From NCBI GenBank assembly GCA_017430985.1, contig JAFRLZ010000069.1, forward strand, positions 302 to 64,301: a stretch of DNA of 64,000 bases, given 5' to 3'. Below are positions 25,036 through 35,168 of the stretch, piece after piece (within the stretch, counting starts at the first letter, position 1; each line of letters begins with the position of its first letter). The notes below the pieces were generated by a model. The model ran no database searches. It was not told the DNA's origin and saw only the letters and a list, made by a program, of their open reading frames with translations. The DNA comes from Oscillospiraceae bacterium (GTDB lineage: Bacteria > Bacillota > Clostridia > Oscillospirales > Oscillospiraceae). A program made the translations under genes and the position numbers.

Positions 25036-25351
25036 ACTGCGACAGATCATTTTGAAATATCGATATCCGCTCTTGATCCTGCTTCTGGGCGTCGTTCTGC
25101 TGCTGTCTTCCGGCCGGAGTTATGCGCATACGGAAAAGCCGGAGGGCAGCGCCGAGGAGCGTCTGCAGGAGCTGCTCGCCGCCACGGAGGGCGTCGGGGA
25201 GGCCCGCGTGCTCATCTCCGAAAGCGGCGTGATCGTCGCCTGCCGAGGCGCGGACGACGCGCAGACCAAGCTGAACATCCTGCGCGCCGTCAACTCGTTT
25301 ACCGGTTTCGGATCGGATAAGATCACCATATTGAAGCTGAGGGGAGCATGA
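25019..25351 (+). CDS. spoIIIAG: stage III sporulation protein AG (short form, 110 aa)
   Basis: N-terminal TM helix, then EGVGEARVLISESGVIVACRGADDAQTKLNILRAV...ITILK, a ring-building-motif-like core. Assigned partly from operon position. Confidence 0.75.
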   Translation: MKSEDKLRQIILKYRYPLLILLLGVVLLLSSGRSYAHTEKPEGSAEERLQELLAATEGVGEARVLISESGVIVACRGADDAQTKLNILRAVNSFTGFGSDKITILKLRGA

Positions 25352-25369
25352 AAGGGAGGAATCGGAGTT

Positions 25370-25906
25370 ATGAAAAACAAAAAGCGAAATCTGACGCTGC
25401 TGGCCGTGCTGCTGTTCGTCGGAGCGGCCGTCCTGCTCAACTGGTCGTACAACAACCGCTGGGGGAAACCGGACGCGGAGCTCGTATCGGCCGAAGACAA
25501 GGGGATCGCGGAGGCCGTCGCACAGACAGGGAACGGCGATGCCGTCACGTCGGCATACTTTTCCGAGGCCAGGCTGACGCGGCAGGTCTCGCGGGATGAA
25601 GCGCTGGAGCTCCTGCAGACGGCGGCCTCGGCGGAGACGGCCTCGCAGGAGACCATCGACAGCGCCATGAACGCGATCTCCGTCATGGCGACGACCTCGA
25701 TGAAGGAGGCGCAGATCGAGAACCTGCTCATCGCCAAAGAATTCGCCGACTGCGTGGTCTACATCGGCAACAACGCCGTCACCGTGGCCGTTCCGGCTCC
25801 CCAGGAGGGGTTGAGCGAGGAGGCCGTGGCGCGCATCACGGACATCATCGTGAGCGAAACGGAATACGACGCGACGCAGCTCAACATCATCGAAGTGAAA
25901 GGCTGA
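25370..25906 (+). CDS. spoIIIAH: stage III sporulation protein AH
   Basis: N-terminal TM helix (LTLLAVLLFVGAAVLL) plus a soluble domain. Last gene of the cluster, followed by a terminator. Confidence 0.75.
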   Translation: MKNKKRNLTLLAVLLFVGAAVLLNWSYNNRWGKPDAELVSAEDKGIAEAVAQTGNGDAVTSAYFSEARLTRQVSRDEALELLQTAASAETASQETIDSAMNAISVMATTSMKEAQIENLLIAKEFADCVVYIGNNAVTVAVPAPQEGLSEEAVARITDIIVSETEYDATQLNIIEVKG

Positions 25907-25911
25907 GAAGG

Positions 25912-25944
25912 ACGCCCTGCCGTGGTCGGCAGGGTGTTTTTTTG
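25912..25944 (+). terminator. intrinsic terminator after spoIIIAH
   Basis: CCCTGCCG / CGGCAGGG stem followed by a T-run. Confidence 0.8.
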
Positions 25945-26009
25945 TTTTGCTCTTTCTTTTTCCGCTCTGGCGTGGTACAATACAATGAAATCATATTGGG
26001 AGGCGCGCT

Positions 26010-26372
26010 ATGAACGACAACTACATTAGCTGCCAGGAAGAAAACGGAAGCATCAACATCTCGGAAGATGTGATCTACAGCATGGTCAGAACGGTCATCA
26101 CCGAGGTGGACGGGGTCGCGGGCCTGGCGAACACGGCCGGCGCGGAGCTGGCGGAGCTTCTCGGGCTCAAGACGGTCTCCAAGGGCGTCAAGGTGCAGCT
26201 GAACGACAACCAGATCATAGTGGACGCCATCATCAACGTTTCCTATGGCTGCAACATCGTCAAAGTCGCGCAGCAGGTGCAGGATCGGGTCACGAACGCG
26301 ATCCAGGCGACGACCGGCTTTGAAAAGCCGCAGGTCAACGTCCACGTTTCCGGAATCTCGTTTGATAAGTGA
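26010..26372 (+). CDS. Asp23/Gls24 family envelope stress protein
   Basis: INISEDVIYSMVRTVITEVDGVAGL...VKVQLNDNQIIVDAIINVSYG. Occupies the same position as yqhY in the Bacillus spoIIIA-nusB region. Confidence 0.85.
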   Translation: MNDNYISCQEENGSINISEDVIYSMVRTVITEVDGVAGLANTAGAELAELLGLKTVSKGVKVQLNDNQIIVDAIINVSYGCNIVKVAQQVQDRVTNAIQATTGFEKPQVNVHVSGISFDK

Positions 26373-26386
26373 TCGGAGGAAGAACG

Positions 26387-26854
26387 ATGACAAGGACCGT
26401 CGCGCGCGAGCTGGCGATCCAGCTCTGCTTTGCCGCCGCCGCTTCCGGCCGTGAGCCGGACGAGCTTGCGGACGAGTTTTTTTCCGCCGAGCATTTCGAG
26501 ACGCTCTCCGAGGAAGGCGAGCTCTACGCCGAGCTGCCGGATCAGCGTCAGATGGCCTATATCCGTCGGCTGACGGCAAAGATCGCCGAGAAGCGCCCGG
26601 AGCTCGACGAGATCGTCGAGCGCTACGCGAAGGACTGGCGCGTGGACAGGCTCTCCCGCACGGCTTTGGCGGTGCTCCGCTGCGCGGTGTGCGAGATCCT
26701 GTATCTGGACGACGTGCCGACCGGCGCTGCGATCAACGAGGCCGTGGAGCTCGACAAGAAATATGACGAGCCGGAGACGGTCGCTTTCGTCAACGGCGTT
26801 CTCGGCGCTTTCGCGCGCGATCTCGCGCGGGAGTCCGCCGACGGGGAAGCATGA
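26387..26854 (+). CDS. nusB: transcription antitermination factor NusB
   Basis: ARELAIQLCF...WRVDRLSRTALAVLRCAVCEILYLDDVP...INEAVELDKKY...FVNGVL. Confidence 0.9.
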   Translation: MTRTVARELAIQLCFAAAASGREPDELADEFFSAEHFETLSEEGELYAELPDQRQMAYIRRLTAKIAEKRPELDEIVERYAKDWRVDRLSRTALAVLRCAVCEILYLDDVPTGAAINEAVELDKKYDEPETVAFVNGVLGAFARDLARESADGEA

Positions 26855-28080
26855 ACATGGATCGCCCGGTGCTGAGCGTCACAGAGCTCAACGAGCGCAT
26901 CAAGGGCCTGCTTGACCGGGACCCGCTGCTCTCCGAGGTCTGCGTGAGGGGCGAGCTGTCCAACTACAAGATCTACCCCTCCGGGCATCATTATTTCACG
27001 CTCAAGGACAGCGAAAGCAGCCTGCGCTGCGTGATGTTCCGCACGCAGGCCTCGAAGCTGCGCTTCCGCCCGGAGAGCGGGATGGGCGTGACGGCTTACG
27101 GACGCGTGACGGTTTATCCGCGCGACGGCGCCTATCAGCTCTACTGCACGCAGCTCATGCCCGAGGGGATGGGCGACTTGCAGGTCGCCTACGAGCAGCT
27201 CAAGGCCAGGCTCGAGGCGGAGGGGCTTTTTGACCCTGCGCACAAAAAGCCGCTGCCCCTCTTCCCGCAAAAGATCGCGATCGTCACCTCGTCCGCCGGC
27301 GCCGCCGTGCACGACATGATGCGCATCCTTGGCCGACGCTGGCCGATGTCGAAGCTGCTGGTGCTTCCGGTGCGCGTGCAGGGGGCGGAGGCTCCGGCCG
27401 AGATCGCCGGCGCGATCCGCTATGCCAACGAATTCAAGGTGGCCGACCTCATCATCACGGGACGCGGCGGCGGTTCGATCGAGGACCTCTGGGCCTTCAA
27501 CGACGAGCGTGTCGCCAGGGCGATCTTTGCCTCCGAGATCCCGGTGATCTCTGCGGTCGGGCATGAGCCGGACGTGACGATCTCCGATTATGTGGCGGAT
27601 CGCCGCGCCTCCACGCCGTCCAACGCGGCCGAGATCGCGGTCCCCGACCAGAACGAGATCCGGGAAGTCCTCGCCGGCTACGCGCTGCGCGCCGATCAGT
27701 CCGAGCGCAAACGGCTGGAAGCGCTGCGCGAGCGCCTGCGTGCGCTGGAGGACAAGCGCGTGCTGAACGACCCGTCCGCCGCGCTGGAGATGCGCCGTCA
27801 GGATCTGGATCACAGGCTGCAGCGCCTCCTGTCCGCGGAGGAGCGGATCGTGTCCGCAAGGAGGCAGAGTTTTGTCCGCCTTGCCGCCTCGCTCGACGCC
27901 ATGAGCCCGCTGCGCGTGCTTCGGCGCGGCTATGCGGTGGCCACGGACGACCGGGGCGCGCTCGTGCGCTCGGCCGCGGCGCTGAGCGCGGGGGACCGCG
28001 TAAAGCTCCGCTTCACAGACGGCGCGGCCGACTGCCGCGTGGAGACGGTGGAAAACGATACGGAGGAACGATATGTCTGA
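26851..28080 (+). CDS. xseA: exodeoxyribonuclease VII large subunit
   Basis: VLSVTELNERIKGLL...VRGELSN...SGHHYFTLKD...IAIVTSSAGAAVHD...GRGGGSIEDLW. Confidence 0.92.
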   Translation: MNMDRPVLSVTELNERIKGLLDRDPLLSEVCVRGELSNYKIYPSGHHYFTLKDSESSLRCVMFRTQASKLRFRPESGMGVTAYGRVTVYPRDGAYQLYCTQLMPEGMGDLQVAYEQLKARLEAEGLFDPAHKKPLPLFPQKIAIVTSSAGAAVHDMMRILGRRWPMSKLLVLPVRVQGAEAPAEIAGAIRYANEFKVADLIITGRGGGSIEDLWAFNDERVARAIFASEIPVISAVGHEPDVTISDYVADRRASTPSNAAEIAVPDQNEIREVLAGYALRADQSERKRLEALRERLRALEDKRVLNDPSAALEMRRQDLDHRLQRLLSAEERIVSARRQSFVRLAASLDAMSPLRVLRRGYAVATDDRGALVRSAAALSAGDRVKLRFTDGAADCRVETVENDTEERYV

Positions 28081-28303
28081 TAAAGAGCTCAGTTTTGAAC
28101 AGTCTCTCGCCCGGCTGGACGAGATCGTCCGCCATCTGGAAAAGGGCGATCTGCCGCTGCAGGATTCGCTGACTCTGTTTACGGAAGGCACGGCCCTGCT
28201 CAAACGCTGCAACGAGATGCTCGACGCGGCGGAGCAGACGGTCGTGAAGCTGAAGAAGGGTCCGGACAGAGAGCCGGTCGAGCTGCCCTTTGAGGACGAG
28301 TGA
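28073..28303 (+). CDS. xseB: exodeoxyribonuclease VII small subunit
   Basis: SFEQSLARLDEIVRHLEKGDLPLQDSLTLFTEG. 76 aa. Confidence 0.92.
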   Translation: MSDKELSFEQSLARLDEIVRHLEKGDLPLQDSLTLFTEGTALLKRCNEMLDAAEQTVVKLKKGPDREPVELPFEDE

Positions 28304-28304
28304 T

Positions 28305-29171
28305 ATGACGGCGAGCGAATACAAACGGCAGATCGACGCCGCGCTGGAGGAGTACTTCCGCGCGGAGGATTTTCCTTTCCGGGGACTGGCAGAGGCCATG
28401 CGCTACAGCCTGCTGGCCGGAGGGAAACGCATCCGCCCCATGCTGGTGCTGGAGTTCTGCCGCGTGAGCGGCGGTGACCCCGAGGCCGCCATGCCGGTCG
28501 CCTGCGCCGTGGAGATGCTGCACACCTACAGCCTCATTCATGACGACCTGCCCTGCATGGATAACGACGATCTGCGCCGCGGCCGCCCGACCAACCACAA
28601 GGTGTATGGGGAGTGCACGGCCACGCTGGCGGGCGACTGCCTGCAGGCCGAGGCCTTCGGCGCCATTTTGCGCTCCGGGCTTCCCGCCGGGCGACGCGCG
28701 AAGTGCGCGGAGATCCTGGCCGACGCCGCCGGACTGGACGGTATCTGCGGCGGCCAGTATCTGGACATGATCGGCGAGGGGAAAGAACTGAGCCACGAAG
28801 AACTCAACGAGATCAACAACCGCAAGACCGGCGCGCTGCTGATTGCGGCCTGCCGGATGGGCGTGGCCGCGGCCGGCGGGAGCGAGGCCATGCTGGAGGC
28901 TGCCGGGCTCTATGCCGCGGCGGTCGGCGCCGCTTTCCAGATCCGGGACGACATGCTGGACGTGCTCGCCACCGAAGCCGAGCTGGGCAAACCCATCGGC
29001 TCCGATGAGAAAGAAAAGAAGAACACCTTTATGGCGCTCTACGGCGAGGAGAAATGCCGCGCCATGATCGAGCGGCTGACGAAGGCGGCGAAGGACGCGC
29101 TTTCCGGCGCCTTTGCCGATACGCGCTTCCTTTGCGAGCTGGCGGATTCGCTGGCTGAGAGAAAGAATTAA
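28305..29171 (+). CDS. ispA: polyprenyl (farnesyl/geranylgeranyl) diphosphate synthase
   Basis: First DDxxD motif LIHDDLPCMDNDDLRRG and second motif FQIRDDMLD. Confidence 0.9.
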   Translation: MTASEYKRQIDAALEEYFRAEDFPFRGLAEAMRYSLLAGGKRIRPMLVLEFCRVSGGDPEAAMPVACAVEMLHTYSLIHDDLPCMDNDDLRRGRPTNHKVYGECTATLAGDCLQAEAFGAILRSGLPAGRRAKCAEILADAAGLDGICGGQYLDMIGEGKELSHEELNEINNRKTGALLIAACRMGVAAAGGSEAMLEAAGLYAAAVGAAFQIRDDMLDVLATEAELGKPIGSDEKEKKNTFMALYGEEKCRAMIERLTKAAKDALSGAFADTRFLCELADSLAERKN

Positions 29172-29190
29172 CGACAGGGAGTCACTTGTC

Positions 29191-31038
29191 TTGAGTATAT
29201 TAGAGAGAATCCAATCATCGGATGACGTCAAACAGCTCACGCCAGAGGAGCTGCCTGTACTGTGCGCGGAGATCCGCAGCGAGCTGGTGCAGACCGTGTC
29301 CCGAACGGGCGGCCATCTGGCCTCCAATCTCGGCGCGGTCGAGCTGAGCGTCGCGCTGCACCGCGTGTATAACAGCAAAAAAGACCGGATCGTTTTTGAC
29401 GTCGGTCATCAGTGCTATGTGCACAAGCTGCTCACGGGGCGCCGCGAGCAGTTTGGCAGCCTGCGGCAATTCGGCGGTCTGTCCGGTTTCCCGAAGCCCT
29501 ACGAGGCGGCTGACGACGCCTTTATCGCCGGCCATGCCTCGAACTCCGTCTCCGTCGCGCTGGGGATGGCGCGCGCCCGCAGCCTGCAGAAGCAGGATTA
29601 CGACGTCGTGGCCGTCATCGGCGACGGCGCCATGACGGGCGGCCTGTCCTTCGAGGGCCTGAGCAACGCGGCGGCCAGCGGAGAGCCGCTTTTGATCATT
29701 CTGAACGACAACAGCATGTCCATCAGCCACAACGTCGGCGGGACGGACAATCTGCTGCAGCGCATGCGCTTCACGCCCGGCTATCTGCGCTTTAAGGGCG
29801 TCTATCGCTCCGTGTTCGAGCATATGCCGAAGGTCTACCGTTTCAACCACCGCGTCAAGGAGCGCGTCAAGGACCTCGTGCTGTCGGACAATATCTTTAC
29901 CGAGATGGGGATGAACTATCTCGGCCCGGTGGACGGGCACGATCTGCAAGAGCTGGAGACGGCGATCCGCCTGGGGCGGGATATGCGCGTGCCGGTCCTG
30001 CTTCACGTCATCACCCAGAAGGGCAAGGGCGTGTTCTATGCCGAAAAGCATCCCGAGCGCTATCACGGTGTAGGCTCTTTCGATCCGGAGACGGGCCTGC
30101 TGCCCCCGGAAAAGCCCAGCTTTTCCAGCTGCTTCGGGCAGTCGCTCTGCGAGCTGGCCGAGCGGGATGAGCGCATCGTCGCCGTCACGGCGGCCATGGC
30201 CTCCGGCACGGGGCTCGACGGCTTTGCCGGAGCATATCCCAGGCGCTTCTTCGACGTCGGGATCGCCGAAGGCCACGGCGTCACGATGGCGGCTGCGATG
30301 GCCAAGCAGGGGCTTCTGCCCGTCTTCGCGGTGTATTCCAGCTTCCTGCAGCGCGGCTACGATATGCTGCTGCACGATATCTCGATCCAGGGGCTGCATG
30401 CCGTCTTCGCGGTGGACCGCGCTGGCCTCGTCGGAAACGACGGCGAGACGCACAACGGCTGCTTCGACGTGAACTATCTCGGCGCGATCCCCGGGATGAC
30501 GCTGTACTGTCCCGCGAGCTTCCGCGAGCTGCGCGTCATGCTGGAAAAAGCGATCTTTGAGACCGAGGGGCCCGTTGCCCTGCGCTATCCACGCGGCGGC
30601 GAGGGGCGCTACCGGGACCTGCATCCCGAGGACGAGGCGATTTTGCGCGAGGGCTTTGACCTCACGCTCGTGTGCTACGGGACGCGTGTGAACGACGCGC
30701 TCGACGCCTGCGATCTTCTGCAGGCGCAGGGCGTCTCCGCGGAGCTCATCAAGCTCGGCGTATTGAAGCCCAACGCCTTTCCGGAGACGCTGCGTTCCCT
30801 GGAAAAGACCGGGCGGCTGCTGATCGCCGAGGACGTATGCGCGGCCGGCTGCGTGGGCGAGCGGCTGCTGGCGGCCGCCGCAGCCCGCGGCCTCAGGCTG
30901 AAGGCCTCGCGCCTTATCAACGTGGGCGACGGCATCGTGCCGCAGGGCTCCGTCCCGGAACTCCTGCGCGAATACGGTCTGGACGGCGAGGGGATCGCGC
31001 GGGCAGCGCGCTCTCTCCTGCGCGGTGACGAGCCATGA
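29191..31038 (+). CDS. dxs: 1-deoxy-D-xylulose-5-phosphate synthase
   Basis: GGHLASNLGAVELSVALH...FDVGHQCYVHKLLTGR...IGDGAMTGG. TTG start 9 nt after GGGAG. Confidence 0.92.
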   Translation: MSILERIQSSDDVKQLTPEELPVLCAEIRSELVQTVSRTGGHLASNLGAVELSVALHRVYNSKKDRIVFDVGHQCYVHKLLTGRREQFGSLRQFGGLSGFPKPYEAADDAFIAGHASNSVSVALGMARARSLQKQDYDVVAVIGDGAMTGGLSFEGLSNAAASGEPLLIILNDNSMSISHNVGGTDNLLQRMRFTPGYLRFKGVYRSVFEHMPKVYRFNHRVKERVKDLVLSDNIFTEMGMNYLGPVDGHDLQELETAIRLGRDMRVPVLLHVITQKGKGVFYAEKHPERYHGVGSFDPETGLLPPEKPSFSSCFGQSLCELAERDERIVAVTAAMASGTGLDGFAGAYPRRFFDVGIAEGHGVTMAAAMAKQGLLPVFAVYSSFLQRGYDMLLHDISIQGLHAVFAVDRAGLVGNDGETHNGCFDVNYLGAIPGMTLYCPASFRELRVMLEKAIFETEGPVALRYPRGGEGRYRDLHPEDEAILREGFDLTLVCYGTRVNDALDACDLLQAQGVSAELIKLGVLKPNAFPETLRSLEKTGRLLIAEDVCAAGCVGERLLAAAAARGLRLKASRLINVGDGIVPQGSVPELLREYGLDGEGIARAARSLLRGDEP

Positions 31039-31829
31039 AAAAGCAGCGTTTGGACCAGCTCGTGTTCGAGCGCGGCTTCACCGACAGCCGCGAGCGCGCC
31101 AAAACGACGGTGATGAGCGGGCTCGTCTTCGTTGACGGGCAGCGTGTGGACAAGCCGGGCGCGCCCGTATCGCCCGAAGCGGTGATCGAAGTGCGCGGCG
31201 AGGCCATTCCCTTCGTCAGCCGCGGCGGCTTCAAGCTGGACAAGGCGCTGAAGGTCTTTCCCGTCGATCCCGCCGGCCTGTGCTGCATCGACTGCGGCGC
31301 GTCGACCGGCGGCTTTACCGATGTGCTCCTGCAGCACGGAGCGGCGAAGGTCTATGCCGTGGACGTGGGCTACGGCCAGCTCGCGTGGAAGCTGCGCAAC
31401 GACCCGCGCGTCGTCAACCTCGAGCGCACCAATCTGCGCTATGTGACCGAGGAACAGGTCCCGGAAAAGCTGGACCTCGCCGTGATGGACGTGTCCTTCA
31501 TCTCCGTGCGTCTGGTGATCCCCGCGGTGAAGGAGCTGCTCAAGCCCGGCGCTTCGCTCATCTGTCTCATCAAGCCGCAGTTTGAAGCCGGCCGGGAAGA
31601 GGTCGGCAAAAAAGGCGTCGTGCGTGACGCCGCGGTGCACCGCGAGGTTATCGAGACGGTGCTCGCCTTTGCGCGCGAGAGCGGCTGGAGCGTCATGGGC
31701 CTGGACTTTTCCCCGATCCGCGGACCGGAAGGAAACATCGAATTCATCTGTTATTTGAAAAACGGCGCGTTCGACGCGCCGGAGATCGACGCGGCCGCCG
31801 TGGTGGAGGCTGCGCACGCGGCTTTTTGA
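31035..31829 (+). CDS. tlyA: TlyA family rRNA (cytidine-2'-O)-methyltransferase
   Basis: S4 domain (RLDQLVFERGF..SRERAK) plus an FtsJ-like SAM motif (IDCGASTGGFTDVLL). Confidence 0.88.
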   Translation: MKKQRLDQLVFERGFTDSRERAKTTVMSGLVFVDGQRVDKPGAPVSPEAVIEVRGEAIPFVSRGGFKLDKALKVFPVDPAGLCCIDCGASTGGFTDVLLQHGAAKVYAVDVGYGQLAWKLRNDPRVVNLERTNLRYVTEEQVPEKLDLAVMDVSFISVRLVIPAVKELLKPGASLICLIKPQFEAGREEVGKKGVVRDAAVHREVIETVLAFARESGWSVMGLDFSPIRGPEGNIEFICYLKNGAFDAPEIDAAAVVEAAHAAF

Positions 31830-31841
31830 AAGGAGCCGGCC

Positions 31842-32687
31842 ATGATTGCCATTTGCCCCAATCCCTACCGAGATCTCCGCTGCGAGACTGCGCAGCGTGT
31901 CGCCGCGCTTTTGTCCGAGGCCGGTTTTGAGAGCCTGATCTGCCCCATCTACAGCGGCGCGGACGACGGCGCCGTCCCGGCACAGCTTTCCACGGGCGTG
32001 CTGGAGGAAGCGGCGGAAAGCTGCTCGCTCGCCGTCGTCATCGGCGGCGACGGCACGATCCTGGAGGCGGTCCGCAAGCTGCACGGCGCGCGTGTCCCGA
32101 TCCTGGGCGTCAATCTCGGCACCAAGGGCTTTATGACGACGCTCGAACAGGACGAACTGCCGCTGATCGTTCAGGCGGCCCGCGGCGAATACAAGCTCAG
32201 CCGCCGGATGATGCTCCATGTCGAGCTTCGCCGCGGCGGGGAGACCGTCTTCTGCGACCACGCGCTCAACGACGCGGTGGTGCACGGCTACGGAGAATGC
32301 GTCAAGATCACGGCCTGGTGCGAGGGGGACCGCATGACCGGCTTCACCGGCGACGGCGTGATCCTGTCCACGCCAACCGGATCGACGGGTTATTCCATGT
32401 CGGCCGGCGGCCCGATCGTGGAGCCCGATGCGGAGAACATCATCCTCAGCCCCATCTGCGCTCACGTCATGGGCGCGCGCAGCTTTGTGCTCGACCCCTC
32501 GCGGGTCGTCACGATCCTGACGGAGCTGCAGCACGGCCGGCGGGCCTATCTCTCGGTAGACGGCGCCCCGGGCGTCGAGCTGCTGAGCGGAGACGAGCTG
32601 CTCGTCAGACGCGCGCGGCACGTCACGCAGATGGTGGATATGGGAAGAAAGAGCTTTTACGAGCTCGCCTTTGAAAAGCTCACCTGA
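31842..32687 (+). CDS. nadK: NAD(+) kinase
   Basis: VVIGGDGTILEA...GVNLGTKGFM...NDAVV...DGVILSTPTGSTGYSMSAGGPIV. Confidence 0.9.
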   Translation: MIAICPNPYRDLRCETAQRVAALLSEAGFESLICPIYSGADDGAVPAQLSTGVLEEAAESCSLAVVIGGDGTILEAVRKLHGARVPILGVNLGTKGFMTTLEQDELPLIVQAARGEYKLSRRMMLHVELRRGGETVFCDHALNDAVVHGYGECVKITAWCEGDRMTGFTGDGVILSTPTGSTGYSMSAGGPIVEPDAENIILSPICAHVMGARSFVLDPSRVVTILTELQHGRRAYLSVDGAPGVELLSGDELLVRRARHVTQMVDMGRKSFYELAFEKLT

Positions 32688-32704
32688 AAGATTGGAGGAC
32701 GCGG

Positions 32705-33160
32705 ATGAAACCCGGAAGACAGAATGTGATCCTTGAGATCATTTCCGAACAGGATATCGAAACGCAGAAGCAGCTGATCCAGGCGCTCTCCGAGCGCGGC
32801 ATCCGCAGCACCCAGGCCACGCTTTCCAGGGACATCAAGGACATGGGCCTTGTCAAACAGCTCGGGCCGAACGGCGCATACCGCTACGTCGTCTCGGGGC
32901 GCGCCTCCGATGAAGAGGCACGGCAAAAGCTGAAGACGATCTTCCGCGAGAGCGTGATCTCCTACGATCTGGCGCAGAACCTGCTTGTCATCAAGACGCT
33001 GCCGGGCCTTGCCTCCGCGGCCTGCTCGGCTATCGACGCCAATCACATCGAAAATCTGGTGGGCAGCATCGCCGGAGACGATACGGCATTTCTCGCCATG
33101 AGAGACGCGGAAGCGGCCAAGGAGCTTTACCGTGCGCTCTCGGCGCTGTTTGAGAGGTAA
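32705..33160 (+). CDS. argR: arginine repressor
   Basis: RQNVILEIISEQDIETQKQLIQAL..GI..TQATLSRDIKDMGLVK...GSIAGDDT. Confidence 0.9.
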   Translation: MKPGRQNVILEIISEQDIETQKQLIQALSERGIRSTQATLSRDIKDMGLVKQLGPNGAYRYVVSGRASDEEARQKLKTIFRESVISYDLAQNLLVIKTLPGLASAACSAIDANHIENLVGSIAGDDTAFLAMRDAEAAKELYRALSALFER

Positions 33161-33170
33161 GCGCGACGCC

Positions 33171-34862
33171 ATGCTGAACGACCTGCACATAGAAAATATT
33201 GCGGTCATCGAGAGAGCGGACATCAGCTTTTCTCCGGGCATGAACGTCTTGACCGGCGAGACGGGCGCGGGCAAATCGATCGTGATCGACGCGATCGGCG
33301 CCGTGCTCGGCGAGCGGGTCAGCCGCGAGCTCGTGCGCGGCGGCGCTGAAAAGGGCCTTGTCACCGCCTCCTTCGATCCCGCCGCGGCCGAGGACTGGCT
33401 GCGCGACAACGAGATCGACTGCGACGGCGAGCTGATCCTGCAGCGGCGCATCAGCGCCGACGGCAAGAGCAGCGCCCGCGTCTGCGGCGTTCCCGTCGCG
33501 GCGGCGCAGATGAAGGAGCTCGCCGCCCTGCTCGTCGACATCCACGGGCAGAACGACGGCCGCCGTCTGCTTGACGAGAGCCGCCATCTGGACTATCTCG
33601 ACCGTTTCGGCCGCTATCCGGACAAGCTCTCCGCCTATGCGGAGCAGTACGGCCGGTATTGCGGGCTGAAGGCGGAGATCGCGCGGCTGAGCATGGACGA
33701 GATTGAAAAAGAACGCCTGAGCGACAGCCTCCGCTATCAGATCGACGAGCTGGAAAAGGCCGAGCTCAAGGCGGGGGAGAAGGAAGAGCTGAACGCCCGG
33801 CGCGAGCTTCTGCGCAACGCGGAAAAGCTGACCGAGGCGATCGACGCCGCCTACGCGGTTTTGTACGGAGACGAGGAAAACGCCGTCTCCATGGCGCAGA
33901 ACGCCGCCTTCTACGCCCGTCGGGCCGCCGCGATCGCGGAGGAGCTGGGCGAGGCGGAAAGCAGCGTCAACGAGGCTGTCTTTTCTCTGACGAACGCCGC
34001 GGAGCTTCTGAGCGATTTTCGCGGCCGCCTGGATTTCTCCCCGAGCGAGTATGACCGCATGGAGTCCAGACTGGCGCTGTTGAGCAGGCTCGAGCGCAAG
34101 TACAAGCGTGACGCGGAAGAGCTCCCGGCTTATCTGCAGAGCTGCCGCGCCAAGCTGGACGAGATCGAATACGCCGACGAGAGACTGGCAAAGCTCGAAA
34201 AGGAGCGGCAGGCGCAGATCGAGCGCTGCCGCGACGCGGCGCGTGCGCTCAGCGAGGCGCGCCATACGGCGGCCGAAGAGCTGGAAAAGCGCATCGTCAG
34301 GGAACTGCGGGAGCTGAACATGCCCTCGGTCCGTTTTCTTGTGCAGTTCGATCCGATCCCGGGCGAGCCGGGCTTTACGGCCGAGGGGATGGAGCAGGTC
34401 TGCTTCCTGATGTCCGCCAACGCCGGCGCCGAGCCGGGGAGGATCAGCCGGATCGCCTCCGGCGGCGAGCTGAGCCGCATCATGCTGGCGATGAAAAACG
34501 TCTTTGCCGAGCACGATCCCGTCCCGACCATGATCTTCGACGAGATCGATACCGGCGTGTCCGGCGTTGCCGCGCAGAGGGTAGGAGAAAAGCTCTATAA
34601 CGTCTCCCGCGGCAAGCAGGTGCTCTGTGTGACGCATCTGCCGCAGATCGCCGCGATGGCGGATGCGCATCTGCTCGTCAGCAAATCCGAGCGCGCCGGG
34701 CAGACCTACACGGAGGTCGAGACGCTCGACCATGAGGGCCGCAAGCGGGAGCTGGCGCGGCTGCACGGCGGCGAGAACGTGACGCTGCTGACGCTGGCGA
34801 GCGCCGAGGAGCAGCTCGAGGCCGCGCAGCACTATAAAACGGCGGCGGAGGTCAAGGCATGA
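33171..34862 (+). CDS. recN: DNA repair protein RecN
   Basis: MLNDLHIENIAVIERADISFSPGMNVLTGETGAGKSI...ASGGELSRIMLA...IFDEIDTGVSG. Confidence 0.92.
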   Translation: MLNDLHIENIAVIERADISFSPGMNVLTGETGAGKSIVIDAIGAVLGERVSRELVRGGAEKGLVTASFDPAAAEDWLRDNEIDCDGELILQRRISADGKSSARVCGVPVAAAQMKELAALLVDIHGQNDGRRLLDESRHLDYLDRFGRYPDKLSAYAEQYGRYCGLKAEIARLSMDEIEKERLSDSLRYQIDELEKAELKAGEKEELNARRELLRNAEKLTEAIDAAYAVLYGDEENAVSMAQNAAFYARRAAAIAEELGEAESSVNEAVFSLTNAAELLSDFRGRLDFSPSEYDRMESRLALLSRLERKYKRDAEELPAYLQSCRAKLDEIEYADERLAKLEKERQAQIERCRDAARALSEARHTAAEELEKRIVRELRELNMPSVRFLVQFDPIPGEPGFTAEGMEQVCFLMSANAGAEPGRISRIASGGELSRIMLAMKNVFAEHDPVPTMIFDEIDTGVSGVAAQRVGEKLYNVSRGKQVLCVTHLPQIAAMADAHLLVSKSERAGQTYTEVETLDHEGRKRELARLHGGENVTLLTLASAEEQLEAAQHYKTAAEVKA

Positions 34863-35167
34863 GATCGGTCAAACGCTTTCTGTATACGATCCTCATGGCT
34901 CTGGCGAGCCTGTTCGGCTGTCTCAGTTTCCTGTGGCTGCTGGCGCTCATTGCCGCGGCGCATGAGCAGTCGTCCGGCGGACCGGTCCTGAGCGCGCTGG
35001 CCGCCCAGGGCGATTTCTGGCGCGCGCTGTGCTTCACGCTGCTGTTCACCGCCGCGATCGCTCTTCTGATCTGGCGGATGCGGCGCGAGAGGAAGCAGCG
35101 CAGCGCGGAGGTCGACAGCCAGCTGCTCCACGAGTTCGAGGTCGATCCAAAGGATCTTGAACAATGA
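34859..35167 (+). CDS. hypothetical membrane protein (102 aa)
   Basis: ATGA overlap with recN. Two hydrophobic helices. Confidence 0.5.
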   Translation: MRSVKRFLYTILMALASLFGCLSFLWLLALIAAAHEQSSGGPVLSALAAQGDFWRALCFTLLFTAAIALLIWRMRRERKQRSAEVDSQLLHEFEVDPKDLEQ

Positions 35168-35168
35168 G

